From Eledone cirrhosa (taxonomy: Eukaryota): a stretch of 64,000 nucleotides of DNA. The position numbers were made by a program, and so were the translations under genes. Under the pieces are notes generated by a model. The model did no database searches, was not told where the DNA came from, and saw only the letters and a program-made list of their open reading frames with translations. Positions 1-13,987 of the stretch are shown piece after piece. The stretch lies in contig CAXHJY010001389.1 in NCBI GenBank assembly GCA_964016885.1, forward strand, positions 62,001 through 126,000, in the 5' to 3' direction. Numbering within the stretch: the first letter of the stretch is position 1; every line of letters begins with the position of its first letter.

Positions 1-973
1 TGGACAGCTTCCGTTACCTGGGCGATAAAATCAGCAGTGGGGGAGGGTGCTCTGAAAGTACTGTAGCTAGAGTCAGAACTGGTTGGAAAAAGTTCAGAGA
101 GCTTATACCACTATTAGCTGCTAAAGGGTTCTCACTAAAAATGAAAGGCAGGTTGTACGATGCCTGCATACGAACAGCAATGCTGCATGGCAGTGAGACC
201 TGGGCATTGTGTGCAGAGGATATACGCAGACTAGAGAGGAACGAAGCTTGCATGCTCCGCTGGATGTGTAACAGTAATATACGTGAACGGCAAAGCATAA
301 ACGAACTAAGGAAAAAATTAGAGATAAGAGGGATCAGATGTTGTTTACTCGAGAGAAGGCTACGTTGGTATGGACACGTGATGCGCATGAAAGTCGATAG
401 CTGTATAACAAAGTGCAGGGCAATAAAGATAGACGGTAGTCACGGAATAGGCAGACCTAGAAAAACCTGGGACGAGCTGATAAACTCCGACATCACACAC
501 TTACACCTCTCCAAGACAATGTCACTGGACCGAGACCTTTGGCGGTACTCAGTAACAGAGAAGACCCGCCTTACCTAAATATATAGTAAAACCTACTCCA
601 GCCAGTAGGCATCTCTAACAAAATACACCCCGCCCCACCACCACCACCCCCACCCAATCCACACCACCCCGTTCTATGTAAAGTTATGTTGGTGCCGCGC
701 CATCGAGGCCGAAACAAATGAGATCGTGTAGGTGTCACGACAAAAAAACACACAGTCCACGCTGTAATGTGGCCGTGTAGGCAACACGGTAAAAACCTCC
801 CAGACCCACACTGTAAATGTGGTTGGTGTTAGGAAGGGCATCCAACTGTAGAAAACCTGCCAGACAGTCCTATGCGAGCAAGACAATCACTCTTGCCTCA
901 AGTGGGACTACCCCCGTCCAAACCCATGCAAGCGTGGAACACGGACGTTAAACGTCGATGATGATGATGATGA
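1..973 (+). mobile_element. RTE-clade non-LTR retrotransposon, 3' fragment (subfamily A)
   Basis: ORF 141-578 (RLYDACIRTAMLHGSETW...RRLRWYGHVMR...GRPRKTW) is the typical RTE C-terminus. The 3' UTR ends in (GAT)n at ~957-973 followed by (TA)n. Near-identical to 7661-8630. Confidence 0.9.
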
Positions 974-1058
974 TATATATATATATATATGTAAAGTTAT
1001 ATTTAAAATTGTTGGGTTACAACTAGTAATATTTTTTATAGTTTTCCATTTATTTAAT

Positions 1059-1278
<220 letters not shown>

Positions 1279-1280
1279 TT

Positions 1281-2612
<1,332 letters not shown>

Positions 2613-5455
2613 ATCATCATCATCATCACCGTTTTACGTCCGTTCTTCCACGCTAGCATGGGTTAGACGGGTTGTCCTGTTGTGTGCAGTGTCTGGTCGG
2701 CTGACCATGCCTTGCTCATACAGGAACTGATCTGGCTTGATTTCTACAGCTGGATGCCCTTCCTAACACCAACCTCATTTACAGTGAGTGCTGGGTGCTT
2801 TTTCGTGGCGCCTACATGTCCACTTTACAGTGTGGGCTGGGTGCTTTTTTGCCGTGGCACCTCGACGACCACCTTGCGGTGGGGGGTGTGGGGGCATATT
2901 GTTTATATGCTTCAGCATGTACCCATGGGAGGTCGGGTACTCTGTATTACTGCGTGACGCCAGAAGTCACGGTCGTGTGTCATTGTCTTTGAGACGTGTA
3001 ATTGGGTAAGGTCGGCTTTTATCACCTCATCCCAGGTCATCTTGGGTCTCCCCACTCCGCGGTTTCCATCATCTTCTAGTGCTCTGCACCTTTTTATGCA
3101 GCTGTCATCCTTCATGCGCATCACATGTCCATACCAGCGCAACCGCCTCTCCTGCACACAGCATTTGATTCCTCTTATGCTCAGTCTCTCTCTCAATTCA
3201 TTTATGCTTTGTCGTTCACGTATATTACTGTTACACATCCATCGGAGCATGCAGGCTTCGTTTCTCTCTAATCTACGTAAGTCTTCCACCTTCAGCGCCC
3301 AGGTCTCACTACCATGCAACATCGCTGTTCGGATACACGCATCATACAGTCTGCCTTTCATTCTGAGGGAGAAGCCTTTTGCAGCTAGCAGTGGTAGTAG
3401 TTCCCTAAACTTCTTCCATCCCGTTCTTACCCTAGTTATTGTACTTTCTGAACACCCACCTCCGTTGCTAATTCGGTCACCTAGGTAGCAGAAGCTGTCT
3501 ACTGTTTCTACAGGGCCCTCCCAGAGATTGGTGGTACTTGTTTCCTGTGGCTATTTGCTGCTTGCTGTTTCAGCACAGCTGCTGCATGTGAATCCTACAT
3601 TCTTAATTAAGCTTCCTGAGATCCCGCTACATCTCTTGTGTACCCATTGTTTGCATTTGGGGCAGAGAATGGAGTTCCTACCTACACCTTTCCTACATAC
3701 TGAGCAAGGCCATTTCCCTGAGGGGATCCGGGTTCTGTTTTCTCGTCTACTTACAAGGACCTTAGTCTTTGTCATGTTGACTTTGAGACCCTTTCTCTCT
3801 AGTCCCTGCTTCCAGGTTTGGAATTTATTCTCTAGTTCTATCATAGATTCAGCTATGAGTGCGAGGTCATCAGCATACAGGAGTTCCCATGGGCATCCGG
3901 TCTTAAATTCCTCCGTTATTGCCTGCAGGACTATGATGAACAGGAGAGGGCTAAGAACAGAGCCCTGGTGGACCCCAACCTGTACGCTAAATTCCTCGCT
4001 ATACTCATTGCTAATCCTAACTTTGCTGACTGCTCTCCTATACATGGCTTGTACCGCTTTCACAAGCCATTCATCTACTCCTAGTTTTCTAAGAGCCCAC
4101 CAGATTACAGCACGTGGAACTCTGTCAAAGGCTTTCTCAAGGTCGACAAATGCCAAGTAGAGTGGCTTACTTTTAGCTAGGTACTTTTCCTGTAATTGCC
4201 TCACAAGGAAGAGGGCATCAGTGGTGCCTCTTCCTGGTACAAACCCAAATTGCATCTCGTCTAGTTTCACCCGGTCCCTAATCAGCTGTGCTATAACTCT
4301 TTCTGTTACTTTCATGACCTGGTCCATCAACTTTATACCTCTATAGTTTCCTCTATCTAGTGCGTCGCCTTTGCCTTTGTAGCAGTTGACAATGATGCTA
4401 CTGCACCAATCTTTTGGTATGGCCCCTTCTAGTATTACCTGGTTAACGATACGTGTGGTTATAGTGTGACCTACAGACCCAGATGCCTTCAGCATCTCGG
4501 CAGCTATACCCGATGGACCGGTTGCCTTCCCCATCTTCATATCTCTGATTGCCTTACTTACTACGCTGCCGCTGACTTGTACTGCTGGTCCCTCTATAGG
4601 GTCTACTTGGGGTAGGGTCTCTTCTTCCCATGCATTCTCCTCATTTAGTAATCTATCATAATGACTCTTCCATGCATCTTTCTTCTCAGCACTTGTGAGG
4701 GCAAGCTCACCTTTATCATTCCGGATACACTTCTCTCCAATGACACAACTATCTCTGACACACTGCCTCGCAATCTTGAATACCTCCTGTTTCTGGTCCT
4801 CACGTTGTAAAACATGCTTGAATTTTCTATCCTCTGCTTCCCTCCTAGCTAAGTATACTTGTCGCCTAGCTTCCCTCTTGGTCTCTATGTAATGTACCCT
4901 GCTCCCCCCGTTCTTCCATTCTTTCCATGCCTGTCTCTTGGCCCTGACTGCTTCATCTACCTTATTGTTCCACCACCAAGTCACTCTCCTCCTGCTTGAG
5001 GTCTTACTCCAGCCACAGACCTCGTCCATCGCCTCTAGTAAATTATTTTTTAGGAACTCCCAGTTCTCTTCTACACTAAATGTCTCTATCTGTTCTTCTT
5101 TACTGTCGTAGGCATTGAGTAAAATATCTTTAAATCTGTTACTGGTTGAGGGGACTTTCAGCTTCCAGATCTTTCTTCTCCAGGTTGGCCTCTGTTTCAG
5201 GGCTCGTCTAGTTCTGACCGTGAGGTCGCTGACAACTAAGCTATGTTGGGATGTACATTCCTCACTAGGGAAGGCTTTTGTGTTTACGACCGTCCATCTG
5301 TCACGTCCTCTGATGAGGATAAAATCTAACTGACTAGAGTGCTCCCCTGATCTATAGGTGATCAGGTGGTTGTCGGGTTTTTTAAAGTTTGTGTTACATA
5401 TCGACATGTCATTGGCGTCGCAGAATTCTAGAAGTCTGAATCCTTCCTCATTCTA
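2613..5455 (-). mobile_element. RTE-clade LINE (subfamily B), 5'-truncated within the APE endonuclease
   Basis: ORF 3551-5407 carries the APE end (SQLDFIL), RT motifs (FVDLEKAFDRV, GVHQGSVLSPLLF, YADD) and a PHD-type finger. After one stop at 3551-3553 it continues into the C-terminal ORF 2912-3361. (CAT)n at 2613 is the (GAT)n tail read on the minus strand. Confidence 0.92.
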
Positions 5456-5612
5456 ATACATATATATATATGTATTAGAAAGTGAGGTTTTTTTTACAAA
5501 ATGAAAAATAACCGAGGTGTCCTACACGAGTGAAAGTATAAAGAAAAAGAGATGAAATCGTAAATGCAACTGGAGTCTTATTTTTAAAAAAAATATATAT
5601 ATTTATTTGGTT

Positions 5613-5650
5613 CCTTTACCGGTTTCGCAGTTCTTCTGCTTTTCAAAAGG
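5613..5650 (-). ncRNA. Minimal hammerhead motif (antisense copy of 6067-6104)
   Basis: Reverse complement of CCTT-TTGAAAA-GCAG-AAGAA-CTGC-GAAA-CCGG-TA-AAGG. Confidence 0.75.
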
Positions 5651-6066
5651 TGAGTTGAGATGGAGGGTCTGTGGTTTTTCTCACATCTGGTTGGTCTCTG
5701 AATGTTACTTGTTTTATATGGAAAAAGTGGCTCGAAATGCCAGGTTTTTCGAGAAGTAATTTGATTGGTTTGTCAATAATTATAATAAGTTCCTAAAAAA
5801 TTTTGTGAGCCTCCTTTTTTCAAGTAAAAAGAAATTCAAACACTCATATATGAAAAAACAACCTGTGACAACCCCCCCCCCCCCCCCTCTTATTTGAAGA
5901 ACTATTGTAACGCGAACTGGCGCAAAATTTATTATAATTATTGACAAACCAATCAAATTACTTCTCGAAAAACCTGGCATTTCGAGCCACTTTTTCCATA
6001 TAAAACAAGTAACATTCAGAGACCAACCAGATGTGAGAAAAACCACAGACCCTCCGTCTCAACTCA

Positions 6067-6104
6067 CCTTTTGAAAAGCAGAAGAACTGCGAAACCGGTA
6101 AAGG
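6067..6104 (+). ncRNA. Minimal type I hammerhead motif, U3-A8 core variant, palindromic stem III
   Basis: CCTT/AAGG stem I, TTGAAAA core, GCAG/CTGC stem II, GAAA, CCGG palindrome, GTA triplet (cleavage predicted after 6100). Confidence 0.78.
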
Positions 6105-6183
6105 AACCAAATAAATATATATATTTAAAAAAAAATAAGACTCCAGTTGCATTTTCGATTTCATCTCTTTTTCTTTATATATA

Positions 6184-8630
6184 GTGGTGGAACAGTAAGT
6201 TGGAAGGGTCAATTAAGGCCAAAAAGCAGGCTTGGAAAGTATGGTGGGATGGGGGAAGCAGAGAAGACTATCAAGTGGCCAGGAGGGAAGCTAGGAGACA
6301 AGTGTACTTCGCAAGAAGGGAAGCAGAGGAAAGAAAGTTCAAGCATGTTCTACAACGCGAGGACCAAAAACGTGAGGTGTTCAGGATTGCTAGGCAATGT
6401 GTCAAGGAAAACAGTGATATTGTCGGGGAGAAGTGTGTACTTAATGATGACGGCGTACTTGCCATCACCGACGCTGATAAGAAGGTAGCTTGGAAGTGTC
6501 ACTATGAAAGGCTACTAAATGAGGAGAATAAATGGGAGAAAGACAGTCTCCCCCACATCGACCCAATAGAGGGACCAGCAGTGTTAGTCGAGGGTAGTAT
6601 AATAAGTAAGGCAATCAAAGATATGAAGACGGGTAAGGCAGCTGGGCCTTCGGAAATAGTTGCCGAGATGCTGAAGGCATCTGGTACAGTGGGACACACC
6701 ATGGTCACCCGGATAGTCAACCAAGTCATACAGAATGGGGTTGTTCCGAAGGACTGGTGTAGCAGCATCATCGTTAACTGTTATAAGGGTAAAGGAGATG
6801 CCCTAGATAGGAGTAACTATAGAGGCATTAAATTAATCGACCAGGTCATGAAGGTCACGGAAAAAGTAATAGCGCAACTAATCAGAGAGCGAATTGATCT
6901 AGATGAAATGCAGTTCGGGTTTGTGTCAGGAAAAAGTACCTAGCTCTTTTCATTGTACGACAACTACAGGAGAAGTACCTAGCTAAAAGTAAACCCTTAT
7001 ACTTAGCTTTCGTCGACTTGGAGAAAGCCTTCGACAGAGTCCTCCGTTCCATTATCTGGTGGGCTCTTAGAAAACTAGGTGTCGATGAATGGCTTGTGAG
7101 AGCTATACAAGTCATGTATAAAGAAACAGTCAGCAAGGTTAGAATTAACAACGAATATAGTGAAGAGTTTAGTGTAAAAGTTGGTGTTCATCAGGGCTCT
7201 GTTCTTAGCCCCCTACTATTTATTATTGCCCTCCAGGCTATAACAGTGGAGTTCAAGACCGGCTGCCCATGGGAACTCCTATACGCAGATGATCTAACGC
7301 TCATAGCTGAATCAATGGCCGAGCTAGAGAAGAAATTCCAAACATGGAAGCACGGCCTAGAATCAAAAGGCCTTAAAATTAACCTGGCTAAGACTAAAGT
7401 TCTAGTTTGTAAGAAAGAAAATAAGGCGGCGGTCCCCTCTGGGAAGTGGTCATGCTCAGTGTGTAGGAAAGGCGTAGGTAAAAACTCCATTTTGTGTCCC
7501 AAATGCAAAGTATGGGTGCATAAAAGATGTAGTGGGATCACAGGTAAGCTAACTAAGAACATAGATTTTACATGTGGCCAGTGTTCTGGGGCAATAAGTA
7601 GCAGCAAGTGCCCACAAAATACTAGCTCTTTCAACTGCGCAGAGGGTTCTATAGAAATAGTGGACAGCTTCTGTTACCTGGGTGACAAAATCAGCAGTGG
7701 GGGAGGGTGCTCTGAAAGTACAGTAGCTAGAGTCAGAACTGGGTGGAAAAAGTTCAGAGAGCTTATACCGCTATTAGCCGCTAAAGGGTTCTCCCTAAAA
7801 ATGAAAGGCAGGTTGTACGATGCCTGCATAAGAACAGCAATGTTGCATGGCAGTGAGAGCTGGGCATTGTGTGCAGAGGATATACGCAGACTAGAGAGAA
7901 ACGAAGCTTGCATGCTCCGCTGGATGTGTAATAGTAATATACGTGAACGGCAAAGCATAAACGAACTAAGGAAAAAATTAGAAATAAGAGGGATCAGATG
8001 TTGTTTACTCGAGAGAAGGCTACGTTGGTATGGTCAGGTGATGCGCATGAAGGACGATAGCTGTATAACAAAGTGCAGGGCAATAAAGATAGACGGTAGC
8101 CACGGAATAGGCAGACCCAGAAAAACCTGGGACGAGCTGATAAATTTCGACCTCACATACTTACACCTCACCAAGACAATGTCACTGGACTGAGACCTTT
8201 GGCGGTACTCAGTAATAGAGAAGACCCGCCTTACCTAAATACAAAGTAAAACCTACTACAGTCAGTAGGCTTCTCTAACAAAATACACCCCCGTCCCACC
8301 ACCCCCACTCCATCCACACCGCCCCTTTCAATGTAAAGTTATGTTGGTGCCACAACATCCAGGCCGAAACAAATGAGATCGTGTAGGTGTCACGTCAAAA
8401 AACACAGTTCACGCTGTAATGTGGCCGTGTAGGCAACACGGTAAAAACCTGCCAGCCCCACACTGTAAATGTGGTTGGTGTTAGGAAGGGCATCCAGCTG
8501 TAGAAAACCCGCCAGATAGTCCTATGCGAGCAAGATAACCACTCTTGCCTCAAGTGGGAAAACCCTCCGTCCAAACCCATGCAAGCGTGGAACACGGACG
8601 TTAAACGATGATGATGATGATGATGATGAT
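6184..8630 (+). mobile_element. RTE-clade LINE (subfamily A), 5'-truncated and frameshifted near 6940
   Basis: ORFs 6200-6943 and 7018-8193 contain RT motifs (QGSVLSPLLF, YADD), a PHD-type finger and the RTE C-terminus. (GAT)n tail at ~8607-8630. Confidence 0.92.
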
Positions 8631-8634
8631 ATAA

Positions 8635-8665
<31 letters not shown>

Positions 8666-8887
8666 TATATATATATATTGTTATACTTGGGGAGGGTCAT
8701 ATTTGTGTAATATTGCCAGAATTAATAACAGAACACACTCACTGTTTGGTTGGTTTTCGCTTCTCGTTGTCTTTTATATCTGCGATCTAACTTAATTGGT
8801 CCTCAATGTTGCCATTGACTGACCGACGGTCAAAAATAATACAGATACAATATAGACACAAACACATATATATAGTTTACATAATTT

Positions 8888-8927
8888 ACATAAATCTTTC
8901 GTTGCACATCTGCAACATCGTCAGTGG
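8888..8927 (-). ncRNA. Hammerhead core motif (antisense copy in the inverted pLTR)
   Basis: Reverse complement of 9706-9745. Confidence 0.55.
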
Positions 8928-8987
8928 TGTTATATTTTTTCCTCCTGTTGTGTTGTATGTCTACGCCATTTTTTATTCAGTCTGTAA

Positions 8988-9431
8988 TCCCTGATCAGCA
9001 AAACCTACCCTTTTAAGAAAACCCACTGTACCAATAGGAAATGTATCATATGTAAGGTGAACCCCCGGATAAACTGTAAAACTAGAAACGTAGTCTATAG
9101 CATAAGATGTACAGAGGGTACTTGCAGAAACATGACAACAACATACATAGGTGAGACAGCTCGTAGCATAGGTGAAAGGATAGACCAACACTGGGGGGAA
9201 CTAAAAGGACGAAAAAACGGGTCAGTACTATACGAACATGCTAGACAACAACATGACGGTAACATAGACAACATAGAAATTAGAATAATATCTAAACATA
9301 GGAATGACCCAGCAGATAGGCAAATCAGAGAGGCCAGTGAAATAGAAATTAGAAGACCAAAGCTAAACAGAAAGAATGAGTGGAACAACAACAACACCCA
9401 AACAAACAACACTGACCTAAGAGAAGTATAA
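8988..9431 (+). pseudogene. GIY-YIG endonuclease domain fragment of a Penelope-like element
   Basis: In frame: CTNRKCIIC (Zn-finger-like linker) ... NVVYSIRC ... YIGETARSIGERIDQH ... REASEI ... LNRKNEW. Confidence 0.85.
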
Positions 9432-9705
9432 ATAAGTAAATAAATAAAATAAAATAAAATAAGATAAATAAATAAATACACAAGCACAATAACAACAAGC
9501 ACATAAACACACACTAGTCACCCAGCAGACACAACACTATACACACTAGTCACACAGCACACACAACACTGTACACACACGCAAACGCATGCACAAAGAA
9601 GACAAAATAAAATAAACAAACAAGCAAATAAATAAATAAATATATAGACAGACAGAATAAAAAATGGCGTAGACATACAACACAACAGGAGGAAAAAATA
9701 TAACA

Positions 9706-9745
9706 CCACTGACGATGTTGCAGATGTGCAACGAAAGATTTATGT
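9706..9745 (+). ncRNA. Minimal hammerhead core motif in a pLTR
   Basis: CTGACGA(9709-9715), T, GTTGCA/TGCAAC stem II with a GATG loop, GAAA(9733-9736), GATT, TA. Stem I is weak (CCA/TGT). Confidence 0.58.
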
Positions 9746-10054
9746 AAATTATGTAAACTATATATATGTGTTTGTGTCTATATTGTATCTGTATTATTTT
9801 TAACCGTCGGTCAGTCAATGGCAACATTGAGGACCGATTAAGTTTGATCGCAGATATAAAAGACAGCGAGAAGCGAAAACCAACCAAACAGTGAGTGTGT
9901 TCTGTTATTAATTCTGGCAATATTACACAAATATGACCCTCCCCAAGTATAACAATATTTGTTTCGACACACGATTTCATATAAAAAACCTCGCTAAACT
10001 ATATATATATTTATAAATATATATATATATATATAAATATATATATATATAAAT

Positions 10055-10918
10055 ATTTCCTAATATTGATACCATAACGTTATTAACTTTAATTTAGTTA
10101 TACTGTAATTAATACTCTACTACTATTTAACTTCAAAATTCTGCTTCAAATATTATAAACCTAACTAATTTACACCTTAGAAATCAATATGTTAACTATC
10201 TTTGGTTTAGTTAACATATAGTTAATGATATACTTGTTTATTTTGAGATGCATAGATTTTGCCTTAGTTTTTGTTTGTTGTATTTCCTAACACTGAAAAT
10301 ATGTAAAAACATACATTGGATAAAGATACGGAAAATATTCTATGTTTCTTGAAACATATATTTACTTTGATCCCCTTCTCCAAACCCCCCCTTTCCCCCA
10401 TACTATTATCATCTGTATTTGTAAGCGTCTATGTATGAACATATATGTAGGTAGGTGTCTATATAGGTTTGGGTATTTATATCTAAATATAAAGATACAT
10501 ATATGCGCATGCAAATATGAATGTAAGATTGTGTGTGTATATATGAGTGTGTGTATGTATGTATATGTGTGTATATATGCATGTATATATGTATGTGTAT
10601 GTGAATGTGTGTACGTATATGTGTATGTATGTGTATATATGTGTATATATATATGTATATGTGTATATATAGGAATATATATATGTATATATATATGTAT
10701 ATATATATGCGTGTGTATGTATGTGTGTGTATGTGTGTTGTATATATATGTATGTCTCTCTATTTATATGTCTATCTCAGTATCTATGTGATATATGTGT
10801 GTGTATGTGCATGTATGCACATATATGTGTTTATGTGTATATATGTGTATGTATGTATATATGTGTGTGTGCATGCACACATATATATATGTGAGTGTGT
10901 ATATGTGTCTGTGTATAT

Positions 10919-10951
<33 letters not shown>

Positions 10952-11017
10952 GGTGTCTATGTGTGAATATATGTCTATATTCATATGTGTGTATATGTGT
11001 ATGTATGTGTTTGTATG

Positions 11018-11099
<82 letters not shown>

Positions 11100-11228
11100 T
11101 ATTATTTTTTATTATTATAATATAACTTATGTGTATGTGTGTATAAGTGAAGTTGTGTATATGTATATAATATGTGTATATATAAGTGTAAAAAAATATA
11201 TATATATTTGTGCATGTCTGTTTTTTTA

Positions 11229-11273
<45 letters not shown>

Positions 11274-11377
11274 GTGTGTATATATATCTATATGTGGGTG
11301 TTTGTATGTGTATTTATGGTGGTATGAGTGTGTGGATATCTATGTATATATATATATATATATATATGTGTATGAGT

Positions 11378-11409
<32 letters not shown>

Positions 11410-11790
11410 GTATATGTGTATGTGTGTATATATATATCTCTATTAATGCGTGTGTGTATGTATATACATATGCCTTTTTATTATTATTTTATTTGTATGT
11501 CTGAGTTAGGTGAGGTTGTAGTGGTTTTTTATGTATATACGCATATATGGATGCGTATGTATTTGTATATATGAGTATAAGTAAGTGCATATGTATGTAT
11601 GATTATATTTCTAATTCTATGTATGAATATACATGTATATATATGTGTGTATGTAAGTTGTGTGTGTATGTATGTATATGTCTATGTGTGTGTATATATA
11701 TATATATATGTATATCGATGTACGTATATGTATGTACATGTATGTCTATGTATGTGTGTATGTATGTGTATGTATATTTAGGTGTATGTG

Positions 11791-11841
<51 letters not shown>

Positions 11842-12091
11842 ATATATATATGTATATATCTTTATTATTTATTTATTTTTTTTTTTTATATATATGTGTA
11901 TGTGTGTATGTGTTGCGTGTGTGTGTGTGTGTGTATATATATCTTTATATATGTGTATATGTATGTTCGTGTAGATGTATGTGTGTGTATGACTTTATAT
12001 GTATGTGTGTATGTATGTATGCGTAAATATTTCTATATGTGTGTACATGTATGTATGTGTATATATCTGTATGTGTGTGTATGTGTATTTG

Positions 12092-12132
<41 letters not shown>

Positions 12133-13698
12133 GTTATATATATATATATGTATATGTATATGTGTGTGTATATATATATATACATATATATATATATCTA
12201 TATGTTTTTCTATTTGTATATGTATGTGTGTATAGGTATATACCTTTCTCTTTGTATTTCTATGTTGTGTGATAGTGTAGTGGTGTTTGTATGTATATAC
12301 CGATATATAGATGCGTAAGTATTTGTCTGTATGTATATATGTAAGTCTGTATATATTTGTGTGTATATATAGCTATGTATGTGTATATCTGTATGTATAT
12401 TAGTATGTAAGTGTTGTATATGTGCATGTATGTGTGTGGTTATATATATCTGTGTCTGTATAGTATGTGTGATTATATGTATATGTGTGTGTATATGTAC
12501 GTGTATATACATATATGTGTATATATATGTGTATATATATATATATATGTGTGTGTATATATATATGTGTATTTGTATGTATATGTGTATATGTATGTAT
12601 GTGTGTATATGTATAGGTTTATATATGTGTGTGTATGTATGTTCTTAGTGTGGATGTGTGTATATGTATGTATGTGTTTATATATGTGTGTATATTTATG
12701 TATGGATGTGTGAGTGTCTATGTGTATATATATGTATGTTTTTATATATATATATATGTGTGTGTGTATATGTATATATATATATATATATATGTATGTG
12801 TATATATGTGTATATGTGTATATTTATTTTCTTGATATATTTCTTTTTTCTTTTTTCTTTTTTCTTTTTTCTGTTTTTCTTTCTATTCTTTCCTTCTTAA
12901 TGTTTTATTTATTATATTTTATTTTTTTATTTGTTTATTTTTCTTAGTTTATAGATACATTTATATTAGGCAGTCTACCCAGACCGTTGAATACTGACCC
13001 CCCCCCCCTCCCACCTAATTTCTGTATCTTGATCTGAAAATGTGTGTGCCAGTGTTTTATGTGAGTGAATTAATATCCATGTGCTTATGATTTTATATCC
13101 ACATATATAAATGTGAGTGGGGGTGTGTGTGTGTTTGTATGTTCGTGGTTATGTGTATATTTATGCATATGCGCGCGTGTATGTGTGATTGTACGGATAT
13201 GTGTGAGTATGAAAAATTATATTTATATACTTAACTTCATAGGTGTCAATACGCATCTTATTTGTGCATTATAAACTCACAGAGACATTAACCTTGAAAT
13301 TTTGTATTTGCATCCATCCTTTTAGTATGCGTATACAAATTATACATACATTTTTGTAAAATATGTGTAAGGGTTTTACATGTATATACACACACCGAAC
13401 TGCATTTAACCCTTTGTGTTTTCATTGGTCAATTTTTGTTCCCAAACGGACCTGAAATTTTGAATTGTTGTTATTATCAATAAATATACTTCATTATTTC
13501 TGAAGACGGCGTATATATGTGTTTGGTATGTATATTTAATCTTGATAATTTGTATAATTTTGTATAATTTTGTACATAGATCTGTTGAATATGCATACCA
13601 ATTCTAACACATATATATCCTAGAAACGATCGTTAAATAATGAACTTTTTTTGTTTAATATAAGGAATTGTTTATTCATTATTTGTTTAATATTTTAT
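10055..13698 (+). repeat. 5' direct repeat (pLTR), ~3.64 kb, microsatellite-rich
   Basis: Collinear with 17229-20934; starts ATTTCCTAATATTGATACC and ends GTTTAATATTTTAT in both copies. Confidence 0.95.
13490..13644 (+). ncRNA. Type I hammerhead motif with an extended stem II (5' pLTR)
   Basis: 10-bp stem I TTCATTATTT/AAATAATGAA; CTGAAGA(13500-13506); ~116-nt stem II domain; GAAA(13623-13626); palindromic CGATCG; GTT triplet. Confidence 0.8.
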
Positions 13699-13987
13699 CT
13701 TGACTCTGTATACCGTTTATCTTTCACCGAAAGTGGTTTTTCATTACATCTCTTCTTTCCATGATATCCGGAATACATTGAGTTCTTCATACGGATTGGA
13801 CACTACCGTAAACTCTTGGTAGATTTATCTACATAATTTTGCTCCTATTTTCACGGAAATATTCGTATTTTTGTACTGTATGTGTGTATTAATTTTATAT
13901 TTATGTATATACATATATATATGTATGATTTTGTAAACCCATATACATTTAGTTGAGCTCTTTCAATTGTCCATCATCCATATCACA

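Larger units (their letters stand above)
5472..6183. mobile_element. Non-autonomous Penelope-derived element with ~250-bp inverted repeats (5537-5788 / 5929-6179)
   Basis: The arms are near-perfect reverse complements and each holds a minimal hammerhead motif. One arm has an extra ~65-nt tail (5472-5536). TA dinucleotides flank both ends. Confidence 0.72.
8675..9999 (+). mobile_element. 5'-truncated Penelope-like element with an inverted pLTR (8675-8985 / 9648-9958)
   Basis: A GIY-YIG coding fragment sits between 311-bp inverted repeats, each with a hammerhead core. The 3' copy has an extra ~41-nt tail. Flanked by (TA)n. Confidence 0.85.

Noticed and set aside
3042-7958. Antisense ORFs overlapping the RTE copies (e.g. 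3528-4160, 7191-7634)
   Set aside because: Shadow frames of the RT coding strand with no recognisable motifs.
13819-13952. Possible 5' UTR intron of the Penelope element (GTAGAT...CATTTAG)
   Set aside because: The donor is weak and there is no transcript evidence; it cannot be supported from sequence alone.
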